Shown: piece after piece, positions 10,855 through 21,135 of the stretch
Layout of the letters: each line of letters begins with the position of its first letter
Position numbering within the stretch: the first letter of the stretch is position 1
Origin: Rhodothermales bacterium
GTDB taxonomy: Bacteria > Bacteroidota > Rhodothermia > Rhodothermales > VXPQ01
DNA: 64,000 bases
Direction: 5' to 3'
Assembly (NCBI GenBank): GCA_951812335.1
Contig: OX638293.1
Location: 1,358,529-1,422,528, forward strand
Made by a program: the position numbers and the translations under genes
The notes under the pieces: generated by a model
What the model was told of the DNA's origin: nothing
Database searches by the model: none
The model's input: only the letters and a program-made list of their open reading frames with translations

Positions 10855-12093
10855 ATGCGTAACGCAAGTACATGGATAGCCCCGGGGATCTTTATTGTTT
10901 TGATGACAGGGGGATGCGGCCCCGAGGCGGACGCCCCGTCCCGGACGGAACTGGTGCGCCGCAACACCGACCCGAAAGCCGTGCAATTCCTGCTCGAAGC
11001 CCAGCAGGCATTCGAAACAGGGTATTACAGCGCGGCGCTTGTGTTGGCGGATAGTGCGGGCCATTATGCGCCCGACCTTGCCGATATCCCCTTCATGCGC
11101 GGCCGAATCTTCACGGCGCTCCGGCAGCTCGATCTGGCTACCGAAGCCTACGAAAAGACGCTGGAACTGGATCCGGAGTATCCGGGCGTGTGGTTCAATA
11201 TGGGCAATAATGCCTATATGCATGGCGAGTCGGCAGGGGCTCTTGCACTCTACCGAAGGGAGCGCGGCGTAGCGGAAACGACGGATTACCTGACGCAGCT
11301 CGGGCGAGCCTATGCCGACACGGGTAAGCCCGACAGCGCCCGCTGGGCGTACGAGCGGGCCATTGCAGCGGATTCCTCCAACTCCACGGCGTACATGTGG
11401 CTTGGGCAACTCTATGAAGACGCAGGAGATTTTGCAGAGGCCCTTTCGTACTCCGAACAAGGTATTGCACTGGACCCGGATAACCTGAACTATGCGTATG
11501 TGTACGGGGTGCAACGATTACGCAACGGCGATCTGGAAGCCGCCGCAGAGATACTGACCCGCGTGGCCGATGGAATTCCGTGGCACTATCCGGCGAATTA
11601 CAATCTCGGGCAGGCGTTGAACGGCCTCGGACAGGTGGAGCAGGGCGCGCAATACCTTGCCCGTGCCGATACACTGCTTGCCATGCAGCAGGAGGTCGAG
11701 GAGTGGGTGGAACGTATCAAAACCAATAGCACGGAACCCCTGCTCTGGATAGAGTACGGCGAGGCGCTGCGCCGGTCCGGACGTATGGAGGAGGCCATCG
11801 AGGCCCTTACGGTAGCCTTTTCGCTTCGTCCGCAGTGGCTGGAACTGCAGAACAATATTGCTAATCTGTATCTCTCCGCGGGGGATACGACCCTGGCGCT
11901 CGGGCGGTACGAAGCGTTGCTTGAGGTGGCCCCGGACCAGCCGGACGTATGGCTGAATCTGGGTACGCTCCATGCGCTGACCGGCGACTACATGGAAGCC
12001 CGGACCGCATGGGAAACGGTGCTCCGGCACGCTCCCGATCATGCGGAAGCAAGGTATTACTTGTCCCAACTGCCCCGGTCGTCTGCGCCCTGA
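10855..12093 (+). CDS. Tetratricopeptide-repeat lipoprotein
   Basis: RBS AAGGAG; lipobox-like TGG-C; many TPR units (AYEKTLELDPEYPGVWFNMG). Confidence 0.85.
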   Translation: MRNASTWIAPGIFIVLMTGGCGPEADAPSRTELVRRNTDPKAVQFLLEAQQAFETGYYSAALVLADSAGHYAPDLADIPFMRGRIFTALRQLDLATEAYEKTLELDPEYPGVWFNMGNNAYMHGESAGALALYRRERGVAETTDYLTQLGRAYADTGKPDSARWAYERAIAADSSNSTAYMWLGQLYEDAGDFAEALSYSEQGIALDPDNLNYAYVYGVQRLRNGDLEAAAEILTRVADGIPWHYPANYNLGQALNGLGQVEQGAQYLARADTLLAMQQEVEEWVERIKTNSTEPLLWIEYGEALRRSGRMEEAIEALTVAFSLRPQWLELQNNIANLYLSAGDTTLALGRYEALLEVAPDQPDVWLNLGTLHALTGDYMEARTAWETVLRHAPDHAEARYYLSQLPRSSAP

Positions 12094-12265
12094 AGGTACT
12101 ATCCGTTATCGTACCTTGTCTTTACGTTTTTTGTATGCCCGGCGCTTGCCGTAGCCCGGGTTGCCTCCCGGGCCGCTGCTGCCCGGAAACGTGCGGAAGA
12201 AGTAGCGGCGGAAGACATTCCGTCCCCTGAGTCACCCGTACCTGACACCATGAAAAGATAACGCC

Positions 12266-13555
12266 ATGCGAGGCATCTTGTCCTGTAGCGCTTTGTGCGG
12301 CCGGTGGATGGCGCTGTGTATCTCCGTGGTATGCTGTCTGCTTTGGGCGGCAGGATGCGCGAACGAACCGCGCCCGGAGGAGCCCCTGAATAGGCAGCAG
12401 GCGAATGACAACCAGCCCATGTCTCCTGCTGCCCAGCGTTTTATCCGGCTGAGCAGTGAAGCGCTCGACCGGAACGATTTTTCGCAGGCCTTTGCCTTTA
12501 CGGACAGTGTGGCTGCTCTGGCGCCGGAGCTTGCGGATATCCCGTTCCTGCGCGGCCGTATTTATGCCGGATTATACCGACTCGACAAGGCGGATTCGGC
12601 GTACAGGGCGGCGCTTGCGATCCGCCCAGCCTATCCTGGCGTATGGAATAATCTGGGCAACATGGCGTGGCTCCGGCAAGAGTATGGGATATCTGTGGGA
12701 TACTACCGTCGCGAGCTGGAGATTGACTCCGATCCCCGTCCCTGGCTGGGCATTGCCCGCGCATACATCGAACTGGGCAAGACGGACAGTGCCCGCTATG
12801 CTTTCGGGCAGGCGCTTGCTCTCGACAGCACCTTTGCCCAGGCGCATTTCGGAATGGCCCTTTTAATGGACGATCTTGGAGACTTCGAAGGGGCGCTCCG
12901 CAGCGCCCGGCGTGCGCTCCGTCATGCGCCCGATAACCACGAATATCGTTATCATGCAGCTTCCTTTCTTGTCAAGGTCGGGCGGTGGGAGGAGGCGCTG
13001 GCTCCGTTGGAAGCCGTTGCACAGGAATGGCCCTGGCATCAGGGCGCGCATTACAACATGGCTCAGGTGCTGATGCGCCTGGGCTATGCGGAAGAGGCAC
13101 AGGCGGTTCAGGAGTACGCCGAGGAACTCCGTGCGCTCCAGGCGGAAATTACGAACCTGACCACGGCCTCCCGAACGTATGCCGAAGACCCCTATACGCA
13201 TGCCAGACTGGGTGCGTCATTGCGGAAGGCCCGCCGGTACGACGAAGCCATGCAGGCCTACAACGTGGCGCTTTATCTGTCCCCCGGCAATCCCGATTTC
13301 CGGAACAATGTGGCCGTGCTGCATTTGTTGCAGGGCGATACTCTTTCCGCGATTCGATCGTTTCGGACCATGGTGCGGGCGGATACCACGAATGCCCATG
13401 CCTTGATCAATCTGGGAAGTTTGTACGCGTTGTCCGGGGATCCGGAGAATGCGCGCCGGGCATGGGAAGCCGTCTTGCGTATCGAGCCGGACAATCGCAT
13501 AGCGCGCAGCTCGCTGGCAACACTCTCTTCCTCCGGACGATCCTTCCAACCGTAG
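12266..13555 (+). CDS. Tetratricopeptide-repeat lipoprotein, paralog of upstream gene
   Basis: Lipobox AAG-C; shares APxLADIPFxRGRI and PWHxxAxYN with 10855-12093; start may be 12308. Confidence 0.85.
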   Translation: MRGILSCSALCGRWMALCISVVCCLLWAAGCANEPRPEEPLNRQQANDNQPMSPAAQRFIRLSSEALDRNDFSQAFAFTDSVAALAPELADIPFLRGRIYAGLYRLDKADSAYRAALAIRPAYPGVWNNLGNMAWLRQEYGISVGYYRRELEIDSDPRPWLGIARAYIELGKTDSARYAFGQALALDSTFAQAHFGMALLMDDLGDFEGALRSARRALRHAPDNHEYRYHAASFLVKVGRWEEALAPLEAVAQEWPWHQGAHYNMAQVLMRLGYAEEAQAVQEYAEELRALQAEITNLTTASRTYAEDPYTHARLGASLRKARRYDEAMQAYNVALYLSPGNPDFRNNVAVLHLLQGDTLSAIRSFRTMVRADTTNAHALINLGSLYALSGDPENARRAWEAVLRIEPDNRIARSSLATLSSSGRSFQP

Positions 13556-13566
13556 AACCTTCGACC

Positions 13567-15855
13567 ATGATATTACGGGGCATGAACAGAGGGTACATTC
13601 GCGGGTGGATACTGGTGGCTGCGGCGTATGTAATCATGGCGGCGGCTCCGGGTCTGTTGTTTGAAGCGAGCGCGCAATCCGCTTCTGTCCGCGGTTTCAT
13701 TACGGCGGATCCGGGTGGAGAATCTCTTCAGGGCGTCAATGTGTCGGTCGATAATATGACCGGTGGGCTGAAAGGAGCGGTTTCCAACGGGGACGGCTTT
13801 TTTCTTATAGGCCGCATCTCGCCCGGGCAATACATTCTCCGTGCTTCCTTTATCGGATTCGTTACGTATGTCGATACGCTGGATATCGAAGCCGACGATC
13901 GCCTGCTGGTCAATATTGTGCTTCGGGAGGATGCGCTGGAGATGGAAGGCATTTCCGTGGAGGCGGAGCGTGACGACGGCGCGGCGCGCGTGACCGCCGG
14001 ACAGCAAACCATCCGCCCCGAGGATATCGACCTCATTCCCTCGCCGGACATTTCGGGCGATCTGGTTTCCTACCTTTCCACGATCCCCAGCGTGGTGTTG
14101 ATGGGCGACCGGGGCGGACAGGTATTTATCCGGGGCGGGGAGCCTACGCAAAACCTGACATTGCTCGATGGGATCGAGATTTATCAGCCCTTCCACGTGC
14201 TGGGCTTTTATTCGGCCTTTTCTTCTGAAATCGTCAGCCGGGCCGATGTGTATGCAGGGGGGTTCGGCAGTGAATTTTCGGGAAGAATATCCTCGGTCAT
14301 CGATGTGCATTCGCGGAACGGAAACAAGCGTGGATTCCATGCTTCCGGGGCATTGTCGCCGTTCACGAGTGCGGGGCATCTCGAAGGGCCTATCCTTCCC
14401 GGCCGTATATCTTTTCTGGGGGCCGCCCGGTATTCGATGCTGGACCAGTTGGCTTCCCGGTACATGTCTGCCCCGCTTCCCTATGTGTTCAATGACGTAT
14501 TCGGAAAAATACATGTGCGCATAGGACCGAATCGTCAGCTTTCCGTGACAGGATTGAAGACGTTCGACCGGGGCACGCTTACTCCCACCGACGATGTGTT
14601 CCGTCGGGACGACGAGGTCAGTTGGCGCAACACGGCGCTCGGCGTACGCTACCTTGTAGCGCCTCGAATTCTTCCCATTCTGAGCGAAGTGCTCGTGTCC
14701 GTTTCGCGTCTGGAAAGTTCCTTCGGTCCTCGTGGAGAACCGACTCGGATCTCCGATCTCGAGCTGTTCAATCTCGCTCTAAATATGACGAATTTCGGCC
14801 AGCGCTCGGAGATAAAATGGGGATTTTTCCTGCGTACGCCTCTTACGGAGACCGTGCTGGGGGGATTGTTTCAGAATCTCACGGTAGGCCGTGGCGCCCC
14901 CACAAATGTGGGCGCGTATATCGAGCCGGAGATATACGTGGGCGGCGGGATGTACGTGCGGCCTGGACTCACCGTCCAAACGATGGGGAGTACGGGCGAT
15001 TATTTCGAACCCCGGTTACGGCTACGCCTCCAACGCGGCGTCCAGCAGTGGAGTGCAGCGGCGGGCGTCTATCGGCAGGTGACCGTAGGTCTGAGCGATC
15101 GTCGCGACGCGACCAATATTTTCACCGCCTGGGTCCAAACGCCAGCCAGCGAGGCTATGCGCTCCATGCATGCGCTGCTCGGGTACCGGGTAGAACCGAC
15201 TCCCTGGCTGGAATGCTCCATCGAGGGGTTTTACAAGAACATGGGCAACATCTTCATTGGGGAGTGGACCGCGTTTCCGGGTTTCACCACTCGCCTTCAG
15301 GAGGCCCATGGCGATGCATACGGATTCGATCTGCGCATGGAAGTACGGCGCTCCCGTTTTTACGGATTCGTAAACTACGGGTTGTCTTCCACCCGGTACG
15401 AGATCGATCCGGCAAGCCCGGCGGTGACGAACCCCGGGCGGTTTCGTCCGCCCCACGACCGGCGCCACCAGGTCAATGTTTTGGGGAAGGTTGTGGTATA
15501 CGGTTTCGATATCAGCGCCCGGTGGCAATTCGGCTCCGGATTGCCGTACACGCCGGTCGAGGGATTCGATGGGTTCGTGCTGATGGACGGTCCTGTTGAT
15601 GTCAAAAACGTGCGCGGATTTCCCCGCGTCATCTACGAAAGCATTCCCTATCGGGGGGTGCTCCCGACCTATCACAGGCTGGACATTACCGTGGAGCGGG
15701 CGTTCGATATATCCCTCGGAGCGGAAATGACGGTGCAGGCGGGCGTGATGAATGCCTACGACCGGGCGAATCTTTTTTCCCTGGACCTGCTCACTGCCCA
15801 GCGCACCGATCAATTGCCCATCGTGCCCATCGTCGGCCTGAAGGTCGAATTTTAG
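13567..15855 (+). CDS. TonB-dependent receptor
   Basis: Signal peptide ASA-Q; plug IRGGEPTQNLTLLDG, GGFGSEFSGRISSV; terminal GLKVEF. Confidence 0.9.
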   Translation: MILRGMNRGYIRGWILVAAAYVIMAAAPGLLFEASAQSASVRGFITADPGGESLQGVNVSVDNMTGGLKGAVSNGDGFFLIGRISPGQYILRASFIGFVTYVDTLDIEADDRLLVNIVLREDALEMEGISVEAERDDGAARVTAGQQTIRPEDIDLIPSPDISGDLVSYLSTIPSVVLMGDRGGQVFIRGGEPTQNLTLLDGIEIYQPFHVLGFYSAFSSEIVSRADVYAGGFGSEFSGRISSVIDVHSRNGNKRGFHASGALSPFTSAGHLEGPILPGRISFLGAARYSMLDQLASRYMSAPLPYVFNDVFGKIHVRIGPNRQLSVTGLKTFDRGTLTPTDDVFRRDDEVSWRNTALGVRYLVAPRILPILSEVLVSVSRLESSFGPRGEPTRISDLELFNLALNMTNFGQRSEIKWGFFLRTPLTETVLGGLFQNLTVGRGAPTNVGAYIEPEIYVGGGMYVRPGLTVQTMGSTGDYFEPRLRLRLQRGVQQWSAAAGVYRQVTVGLSDRRDATNIFTAWVQTPASEAMRSMHALLGYRVEPTPWLECSIEGFYKNMGNIFIGEWTAFPGFTTRLQEAHGDAYGFDLRMEVRRSRFYGFVNYGLSSTRYEIDPASPAVTNPGRFRPPHDRRHQVNVLGKVVVYGFDISARWQFGSGLPYTPVEGFDGFVLMDGPVDVKNVRGFPRVIYESIPYRGVLPTYHRLDITVERAFDISLGAEMTVQAGVMNAYDRANLFSLDLLTAQRTDQLPIVPIVGLKVEF

Positions 15856-15864
15856 GGTGTTTGC

Positions 15865-16968
15865 ATGAAAGACATGAAAAACAGGGTGTTTGTCCGGCTT
15901 TTTGCGGTGGTGTTATTGCCGGGCTTGCTGCTGACGACTGCCGGTTGCGAGGAGAGTGTGGACGCGATTATCGGGACCGACATTCCCTTCACGATCTGGG
16001 GCTTTCTGGACGCTGCCGCCGATACGCAGTATGTACGGGTCTTTGAAGTCACGGATCAACTGATTCCCGACCGGGACGTACAAATCGATGCACGCGTCTT
16101 TTCCACGAATCTCGCGACGAGTCAGCGCATCGAATGGACGTATCAGCGCGTACATTTCGACAGTCTGATCACCGGGCATTTTTTCATGGCTCCGTTCCGC
16201 CCGGAGCATGAGGAGCGTTATCTGCTCGAAGTGGTACGCTCGGACGGAGAAACGGCCAGTGCCGAGGCGACCGTGCCGCCCGCCGCACAATTTACCCTCG
16301 AAACCGGTGAGTCAAGCGTCCATATCCCTGTCTTTATCGAAGGAAACGTACCGAATCTCATCGGGCTGCGCGTGACGTACCACGCGATCAATGTTCCGCC
16401 TCCCCAGGCCTGGCCGCAGGGTACGCCGGTGGCCCCGGCCGTGCAATTGCCGGTGATTGTTTCGTACGACGATCGGGTCGAGCGCATCGCGGGAGGGTGG
16501 CGTTTCACGATAAATATGGAGCGGGATTTCGAGATCGTTCGGGCGGCCTATCAAATCAACTGCCTGATTACCGATCCTGAAGAAAGCGCCCCGTACGTAT
16601 GGCTCCGGAAGATGGAATTCTCTGGCCTGCTTGCGGATTCGTCCTGGGCGCCGCCCGGCGGGGTTTTCGACGCCAACCTGCTTGCGGTGCCGGGGACGTT
16701 TTCCAATGTGATAAACGGCTACGGTTTTTTCGGGGCCGGAGAGGGGATAGGCAGGGAGTGGACCCCCGCCACGGAAACGAGTCTTGATGCGGGCTATAAT
16801 TTTCAACCCAGATGCACGGGCCTGTTTGCCACGGATACGCCGGAGTGCTACAATCCTCCCATGCCCTGCGTGAGCGAGATATTCCAGGGGATCGAGGGAT
16901 TTGCCCGGGGAAAAACCGGAAACGTATTGCATCCCGGAGACAAACGTCGTGAAGGATACGCTGATTAA
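15865..16968 (+). CDS. DUF4249-like lipoprotein; last codons and stop supplied by repeat element
   Basis: Lipobox TAG-C; WAPPGGVFD...NVINGYGFFGAG shared with 1158-2117. Confidence 0.7.
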   Translation: MKDMKNRVFVRLFAVVLLPGLLLTTAGCEESVDAIIGTDIPFTIWGFLDAAADTQYVRVFEVTDQLIPDRDVQIDARVFSTNLATSQRIEWTYQRVHFDSLITGHFFMAPFRPEHEERYLLEVVRSDGETASAEATVPPAAQFTLETGESSVHIPVFIEGNVPNLIGLRVTYHAINVPPPQAWPQGTPVAPAVQLPVIVSYDDRVERIAGGWRFTINMERDFEIVRAAYQINCLITDPEESAPYVWLRKMEFSGLLADSSWAPPGGVFDANLLAVPGTFSNVINGYGFFGAGEGIGREWTPATETSLDAGYNFQPRCTGLFATDTPECYNPPMPCVSEIFQGIEGFARGKTGNVLHPGDKRREGYAD

Positions 16969-17265
16969 GGATACTCTGATTAAGTCCGCAAAGCTCAGAG
17001 ACTGCAAGAAGTGCGCTGGCAAGGAATGACGAAGAAGCGTGGCAGGCCCCACGTAATGAGGAATGACACAGCCAGCGTGCTTCTCGTAGCCTCCCGAAGG
17101 GCGCTTCACGTCCTTGGTGCCCCAAATCCGCAGTGTTTCCCGCTGATTCTGATGATGGAATCATAACGTCGTTTACGCGCGAAAGTGAAGTGCTGAGCGA
17201 AGCGGTTTTGGTCAGAGTATCCTTAAGTTCGCTCCTCGCGGCCTCCCGAAGGGCGCTTCGCGTCC
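16954..17265 (+). mobile_element. Outer, internally deleted MITE copy interrupted by a nested full copy
   Basis: GGATACGCTGA-TTAA at 16954-16968 resumes as TTAA-GTTCGC plus internal segment CCTCCCGAAGGGCGCTTC at 17223-17265. Confidence 0.7.
16969..17222 (+). mobile_element. 254-bp MITE-like element, full copy
   Basis: Terminal inverted repeats GGATACTCTGA / TCAGAGTATCC, TTAA on both sides; homologous to 26319-26572 and 49292-49545. Confidence 0.85.
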
Positions 17266-17395
17266 GGGACGACAGCGCATTGGCGGCGTTCGCCGGGTCC
17301 CAATGATTCTTGTTTTATCTCTTTTTGAGTAATTTCTATACCTTTTCTGTATAATTTTTATCCTTTTAAGGAAATTTTTTACTCAAAAAAGCATA

Positions 17396-17481
17396 AAATA
17401 CGCTGATTAAGTCCGCGAAGCTCAGAGGCTGAAAGGGGCGAGCTGGCAAGGAGTGACGAAGCGGTTTTGATCAGAGTATCC
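17396..17481 (+). mobile_element. MITE deletion derivative (86 bp)
   Basis: ATACGCTGATTAAGTCCGC...GACGAAGCGGTTTTGATCAGAGTATCC followed by TTAA. Confidence 0.8.
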
Positions 17482-17524
17482 TTAACAATATCTTTCCCAC
17501 ATATTCTGTCAATACCTGATTGCT

Positions 17525-19243
17525 ATGCGACACATCATCAGCCCCAATGTATACGACGTTGCTGTGGTCGGCTCCGGCGCCGGAGGGGGCATGGCGGCGT
17601 ATGTGCTTGCCGAGGCGGGCGCGAATGTGGTCATGCTGGAAGCCGGTCCGATGTGGGACGCGGCCACGGACGGCGACATGTTTACCTGGAACTATACTTC
17701 GCCCAGACGCGGCGCCAGTTCGAAAGAGAGGCCGTTCGGGGAATTCGACGGGTGCATCGGCGGCTGGGAAATCGAGGGCGAGCCGTACACCCACGCACCC
17801 GGCACGGAGTGGGATTGGTTCCGGGCGCGCATGCTGGGCGGTCGTACGAACCACTGGGGGCGCATTTCATTGCGGTTCGGCCCGGACGATTTTCGCGGGT
17901 ACAGCCTCGACGGCGTTGGGGACGACTGGCCCATAGGGTACGAAGACGTGGCGCCGTGGTACGACAAAGTCGATCGGCTTGTCGGGATTTTCGGCAACCG
18001 GGACGGTTTTTACAACGAGCCTGACGGCGACTTTTTGCTGCCTCCGGCGCCGCGTTTGCACGAACTGCTTGTGATGCAGGGGGCTGCAAAGATGGGTATT
18101 CCTGTGTTGGCGAACCGCCTTTCTATCCTGACGAAGGCGCACAATGGCCGGCCGGCTTGTCACTTCTGTGGCCAATGCGGGCGCGGCTGCGCCACGGGTT
18201 CGAATTTTTCCTCGCCGTCGGTGCTGTTGCCTCCGGCCCTGAGCACAGGGCGGTTGACTATTGTGGACCATGCCATGGCGCGGGAGGTGACCACGGACCG
18301 GGAGGGACTGGCCACCGGCGTGTCGTACGTTAACAGGAACGACATGCAGGAGTACACGGTGCGTGCCCGTACCGTGGTGCTGGCGGCCAGCGCGTGCGAA
18401 ACGGCGCGGTTGCTTCTGAATTCGACATCGCCGCAGCATCCGGCGGGTCTCGCCAATTCGAGTGGTGCGGTAGGGCGGTATCTCATGGATTCCACGGGCG
18501 CCAGCGTCGCCGGCATTTTTCCGCAGCTTGTCGGGCGCACGCCGCACAATGAAGACGGCGTCGGCGGGGCGCACATCTACATTCCCTGGTTCGGGTATGA
18601 CCAGAAGCGCGATTTCGCCCGCGGATACCATCTCGAAATATGGGGAGGTCGCCAGCAGCCCGGCTATGGCTTTGTGGACGGCATTCACACGGTCAATAAC
18701 CTGTTCGAGGATCGTCCACGGGGCGGGGGCGGCTACGGCATGCGGCTCAAGCAGGATTACCGGGATTTGTACGGGTCCGTTGTGGGCTTTTCCGCCCGCG
18801 GCGAGATGGTCGCGCGGTACGATAACTATTGCGAAATCGACCCTGATGTGGTGGACAAGTACGGCATCCCCGTGCTTCGTTTCCATGTGCGCTGGAGCGA
18901 CGAAGAGTATCTCCAGATTAAACATGCGCAGGAGGCGAGCCGTGGCCTTGTCGAAGCGATGGGGGGCGAGGTGCTTACGCCTGTGCCATCGAAGGAAGAC
19001 GGGTACGGTATTTTGGCGCCGGGGAGGATCATCCATGAAGTAGGCACGGTGCGTATGGGAGACGATCCGGCAAAGGCCCCGCTCAATGTATGGTGTCAGG
19101 CGCACGATGCAAGCAACGTCTTCGTGACGGATGGGGCGCCGTTCGTGTCGCAAGCGCACAAAAACACGACATGGACCATTCTGGCGATGGCATGGCGCAC
19201 GGCGGATCACATTGTCGAACTCCGTAACGCAGGCGCCTTGTAG
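17525..19243 (+). CDS. GMC-family FAD oxidoreductase (glucoside 3-dehydrogenase-like large subunit)
   Basis: GSGAGG FAD motif, LGGRTNHWG, Cys cluster CHFCGQCGRGC, HEVGTVRMG, KNTTWTILAMAWR. Confidence 0.9.
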   Translation: MRHIISPNVYDVAVVGSGAGGGMAAYVLAEAGANVVMLEAGPMWDAATDGDMFTWNYTSPRRGASSKERPFGEFDGCIGGWEIEGEPYTHAPGTEWDWFRARMLGGRTNHWGRISLRFGPDDFRGYSLDGVGDDWPIGYEDVAPWYDKVDRLVGIFGNRDGFYNEPDGDFLLPPAPRLHELLVMQGAAKMGIPVLANRLSILTKAHNGRPACHFCGQCGRGCATGSNFSSPSVLLPPALSTGRLTIVDHAMAREVTTDREGLATGVSYVNRNDMQEYTVRARTVVLAASACETARLLLNSTSPQHPAGLANSSGAVGRYLMDSTGASVAGIFPQLVGRTPHNEDGVGGAHIYIPWFGYDQKRDFARGYHLEIWGGRQQPGYGFVDGIHTVNNLFEDRPRGGGGYGMRLKQDYRDLYGSVVGFSARGEMVARYDNYCEIDPDVVDKYGIPVLRFHVRWSDEEYLQIKHAQEASRGLVEAMGGEVLTPVPSKEDGYGILAPGRIIHEVGTVRMGDDPAKAPLNVWCQAHDASNVFVTDGAPFVSQAHKNTTWTILAMAWRTADHIVELRNAGAL

Positions 19244-19293
19244 CTCGGAAACATACCGAATGTATTGCTATTGACCCGATAGAACATTGACCT

Positions 19294-19917
19294 ATGGATC
19301 GCCGCGAATCCCTTAAATTGCTGGCCCTGGCCCTTTCGGCCACCGCGCCGGGCGTACTGACGGCAGTCGGATGCCAGTGGACGGCTTCCGATGCCGAGCG
19401 TGCTGCCCGGGAGGCCGAGGAGGCCCGTTCCCGCGGGGATTTTTCCCCGCAGTTCTTTACGGACGAGAAGTACGAGACGGTGCGTATTCTTGCGGACCTG
19501 ATTATTCCGGCGGATGACCGTTCAGGCAGTGCGACGGATGCGGGCGTGCCGGAATTCATGGACTTTATTGTGACGGATATGCCCGATATGCAGGAGCCCA
19601 TGCGTCAGGGATTAGCCTGGCTGGATGCCTGGTCCGGGGAACGGTTCGGGGCGTCGTTTGCGGCGTGCTCCGATGCCGAGCGCGTTGATCTGGTCGATGC
19701 GATCGCCTGGCCTGAGGACGCCGATCCGGCGCTGGCGGATGGCGTGATGTTTTTCAACTTCTTCCGCGATTTGACGGCTTCGGGATTCTGGACGACGGAA
19801 GCGGGCATGGCCGATCTGGGCTATATGGGGAACGTGTTTGTGGCCGAATGGACGGGCGCCCGGAAATCCGAGATTGAACGGTTGGGGTTGTCGGAAGCGC
19901 CCTGGAAGACACTGTGA
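19294..19917 (+). CDS. Gluconate 2-dehydrogenase subunit 3 family, Tat-exported small subunit
   Basis: MDRRESLK Tat motif; IIPADDRSGSATDAGVPEFMD; GFWTTEAG..DLGYMGN. Confidence 0.85.
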   Translation: MDRRESLKLLALALSATAPGVLTAVGCQWTASDAERAAREAEEARSRGDFSPQFFTDEKYETVRILADLIIPADDRSGSATDAGVPEFMDFIVTDMPDMQEPMRQGLAWLDAWSGERFGASFAACSDAERVDLVDAIAWPEDADPALADGVMFFNFFRDLTASGFWTTEAGMADLGYMGNVFVAEWTGARKSEIERLGLSEAPWKTL

Positions 19918-19985
19918 CGAGACCGGCAGGAGAGGGGATAAGGCACGCTGGCTGATTACATTTTTTGAACCAAATCCGTACAACC

Positions 19986-20924
19986 ATGCAACGACGTCGT
20001 TTTCTGCGTTCCTTTGCGGCTGCCTCAGCAGCGCTTCCCCTGGCCCATGCGGGTCTTGCAGCCGGTTTATCCGAGGGGGGAGAATCTTCCGGTTTTTCCG
20101 GAAACCGCCCTGAATTCACGCTCGACTATGCGCCTCATTTCGGCATGTTCGCGAACCATGCAGGGGACGATCTGCTCGACCAGCTTCGTTTTATGGCGGA
20201 GATGGGGTTCCGGTCGATGGAAGACAACGGCATGGGGGGGCGCACCCCTGAGATGCAGGAGGCTATTGCGCAGGAAATGACCCGTCTCGATATGCGGATG
20301 GGCGTGTTCGTTGCGCACAGGATCGACTGGCAGCAGGCCAATCTGGCGAGCGGCGATCCGACCAGACGGGAGGAATTTCTGGATGACATTCGCGGGGCGG
20401 TGGACGTGGCGAAGCGCGTCAACGCTACGTGGATGACGGTGGTGCCCGGGCGAGTCGACCAGCGCCAGGAAATGGAGTACCAGACGGTGCATGTGGTGGA
20501 ATCGCTGAAGCGCGCAGCGGAGATTCTGGAACCGCATGGCATGGTTATGGTCCTGGAACCCCTGAACTGGTGGTCGAATCACCCCGGCATGTTTCTAAGC
20601 CGGGCGCCCCAGGCCTACATGATTTGCAAGCATGTGGACAGCCCTGCCTGCAAGATTCTCTTCGATATCTACCATCAGCAGATTAGCGAGGGGAATCTGA
20701 TTCCGAACATCGAGAAATCATGGGATGAGATCGGCTACTTCCAGATCGGCGACAATCCAGGCCGGAAGGAACCGACTACGGGCGAAATCAACTACCGCAA
20801 CGTGTTCAAATACATCCACGAGCGGGGGTATACGGACATCCTCGGGATGGAGCACGGGAATGCCCAGCCCGGCAAGGAAGGGGAGCAGGCGCTGATCGAT
20901 GCGTATGCTTCGGTGGATCCGTAA
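19986..20924 (+). CDS. Tat-exported xylose-isomerase-like TIM barrel (hydroxypyruvate isomerase/AP_endonuc_2 family)
   Basis: MQRRRFLR; VLEPLN, LFDIYHQQ, DNPGRKEPTTGEINY, GMEH. Confidence 0.85.
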   Translation: MQRRRFLRSFAAASAALPLAHAGLAAGLSEGGESSGFSGNRPEFTLDYAPHFGMFANHAGDDLLDQLRFMAEMGFRSMEDNGMGGRTPEMQEAIAQEMTRLDMRMGVFVAHRIDWQQANLASGDPTRREEFLDDIRGAVDVAKRVNATWMTVVPGRVDQRQEMEYQTVHVVESLKRAAEILEPHGMVMVLEPLNWWSNHPGMFLSRAPQAYMICKHVDSPACKILFDIYHQQISEGNLIPNIEKSWDEIGYFQIGDNPGRKEPTTGEINYRNVFKYIHERGYTDILGMEHGNAQPGKEGEQALIDAYASVDP

Positions 20925-21135
20925 GAAGGAGGGCAATGCATCACAAAGGTGCGCCGGCTGGTCGTATCCCGTTGCCCCCGATAGCGGCATGCCTGGCTTT
21001 CAGTACACGTTACGATCATTTCCTGTTTCGGGGTTTCGATCGAATCCGGCAATGCCGGGCCCGGCGTCACCGAAGTATTCCCGGACGTGCGCTCTGGCGC
21101 CTCTTCTCCGATCATGAAATAGCGGGGCATCGTAT

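Noticed and set aside
12154-12173. GCCCGGG/CCCGGGC hairpin between the TPR genes
   Set aside because: No downstream U-tract; 7-bp GC stems are common in this DNA
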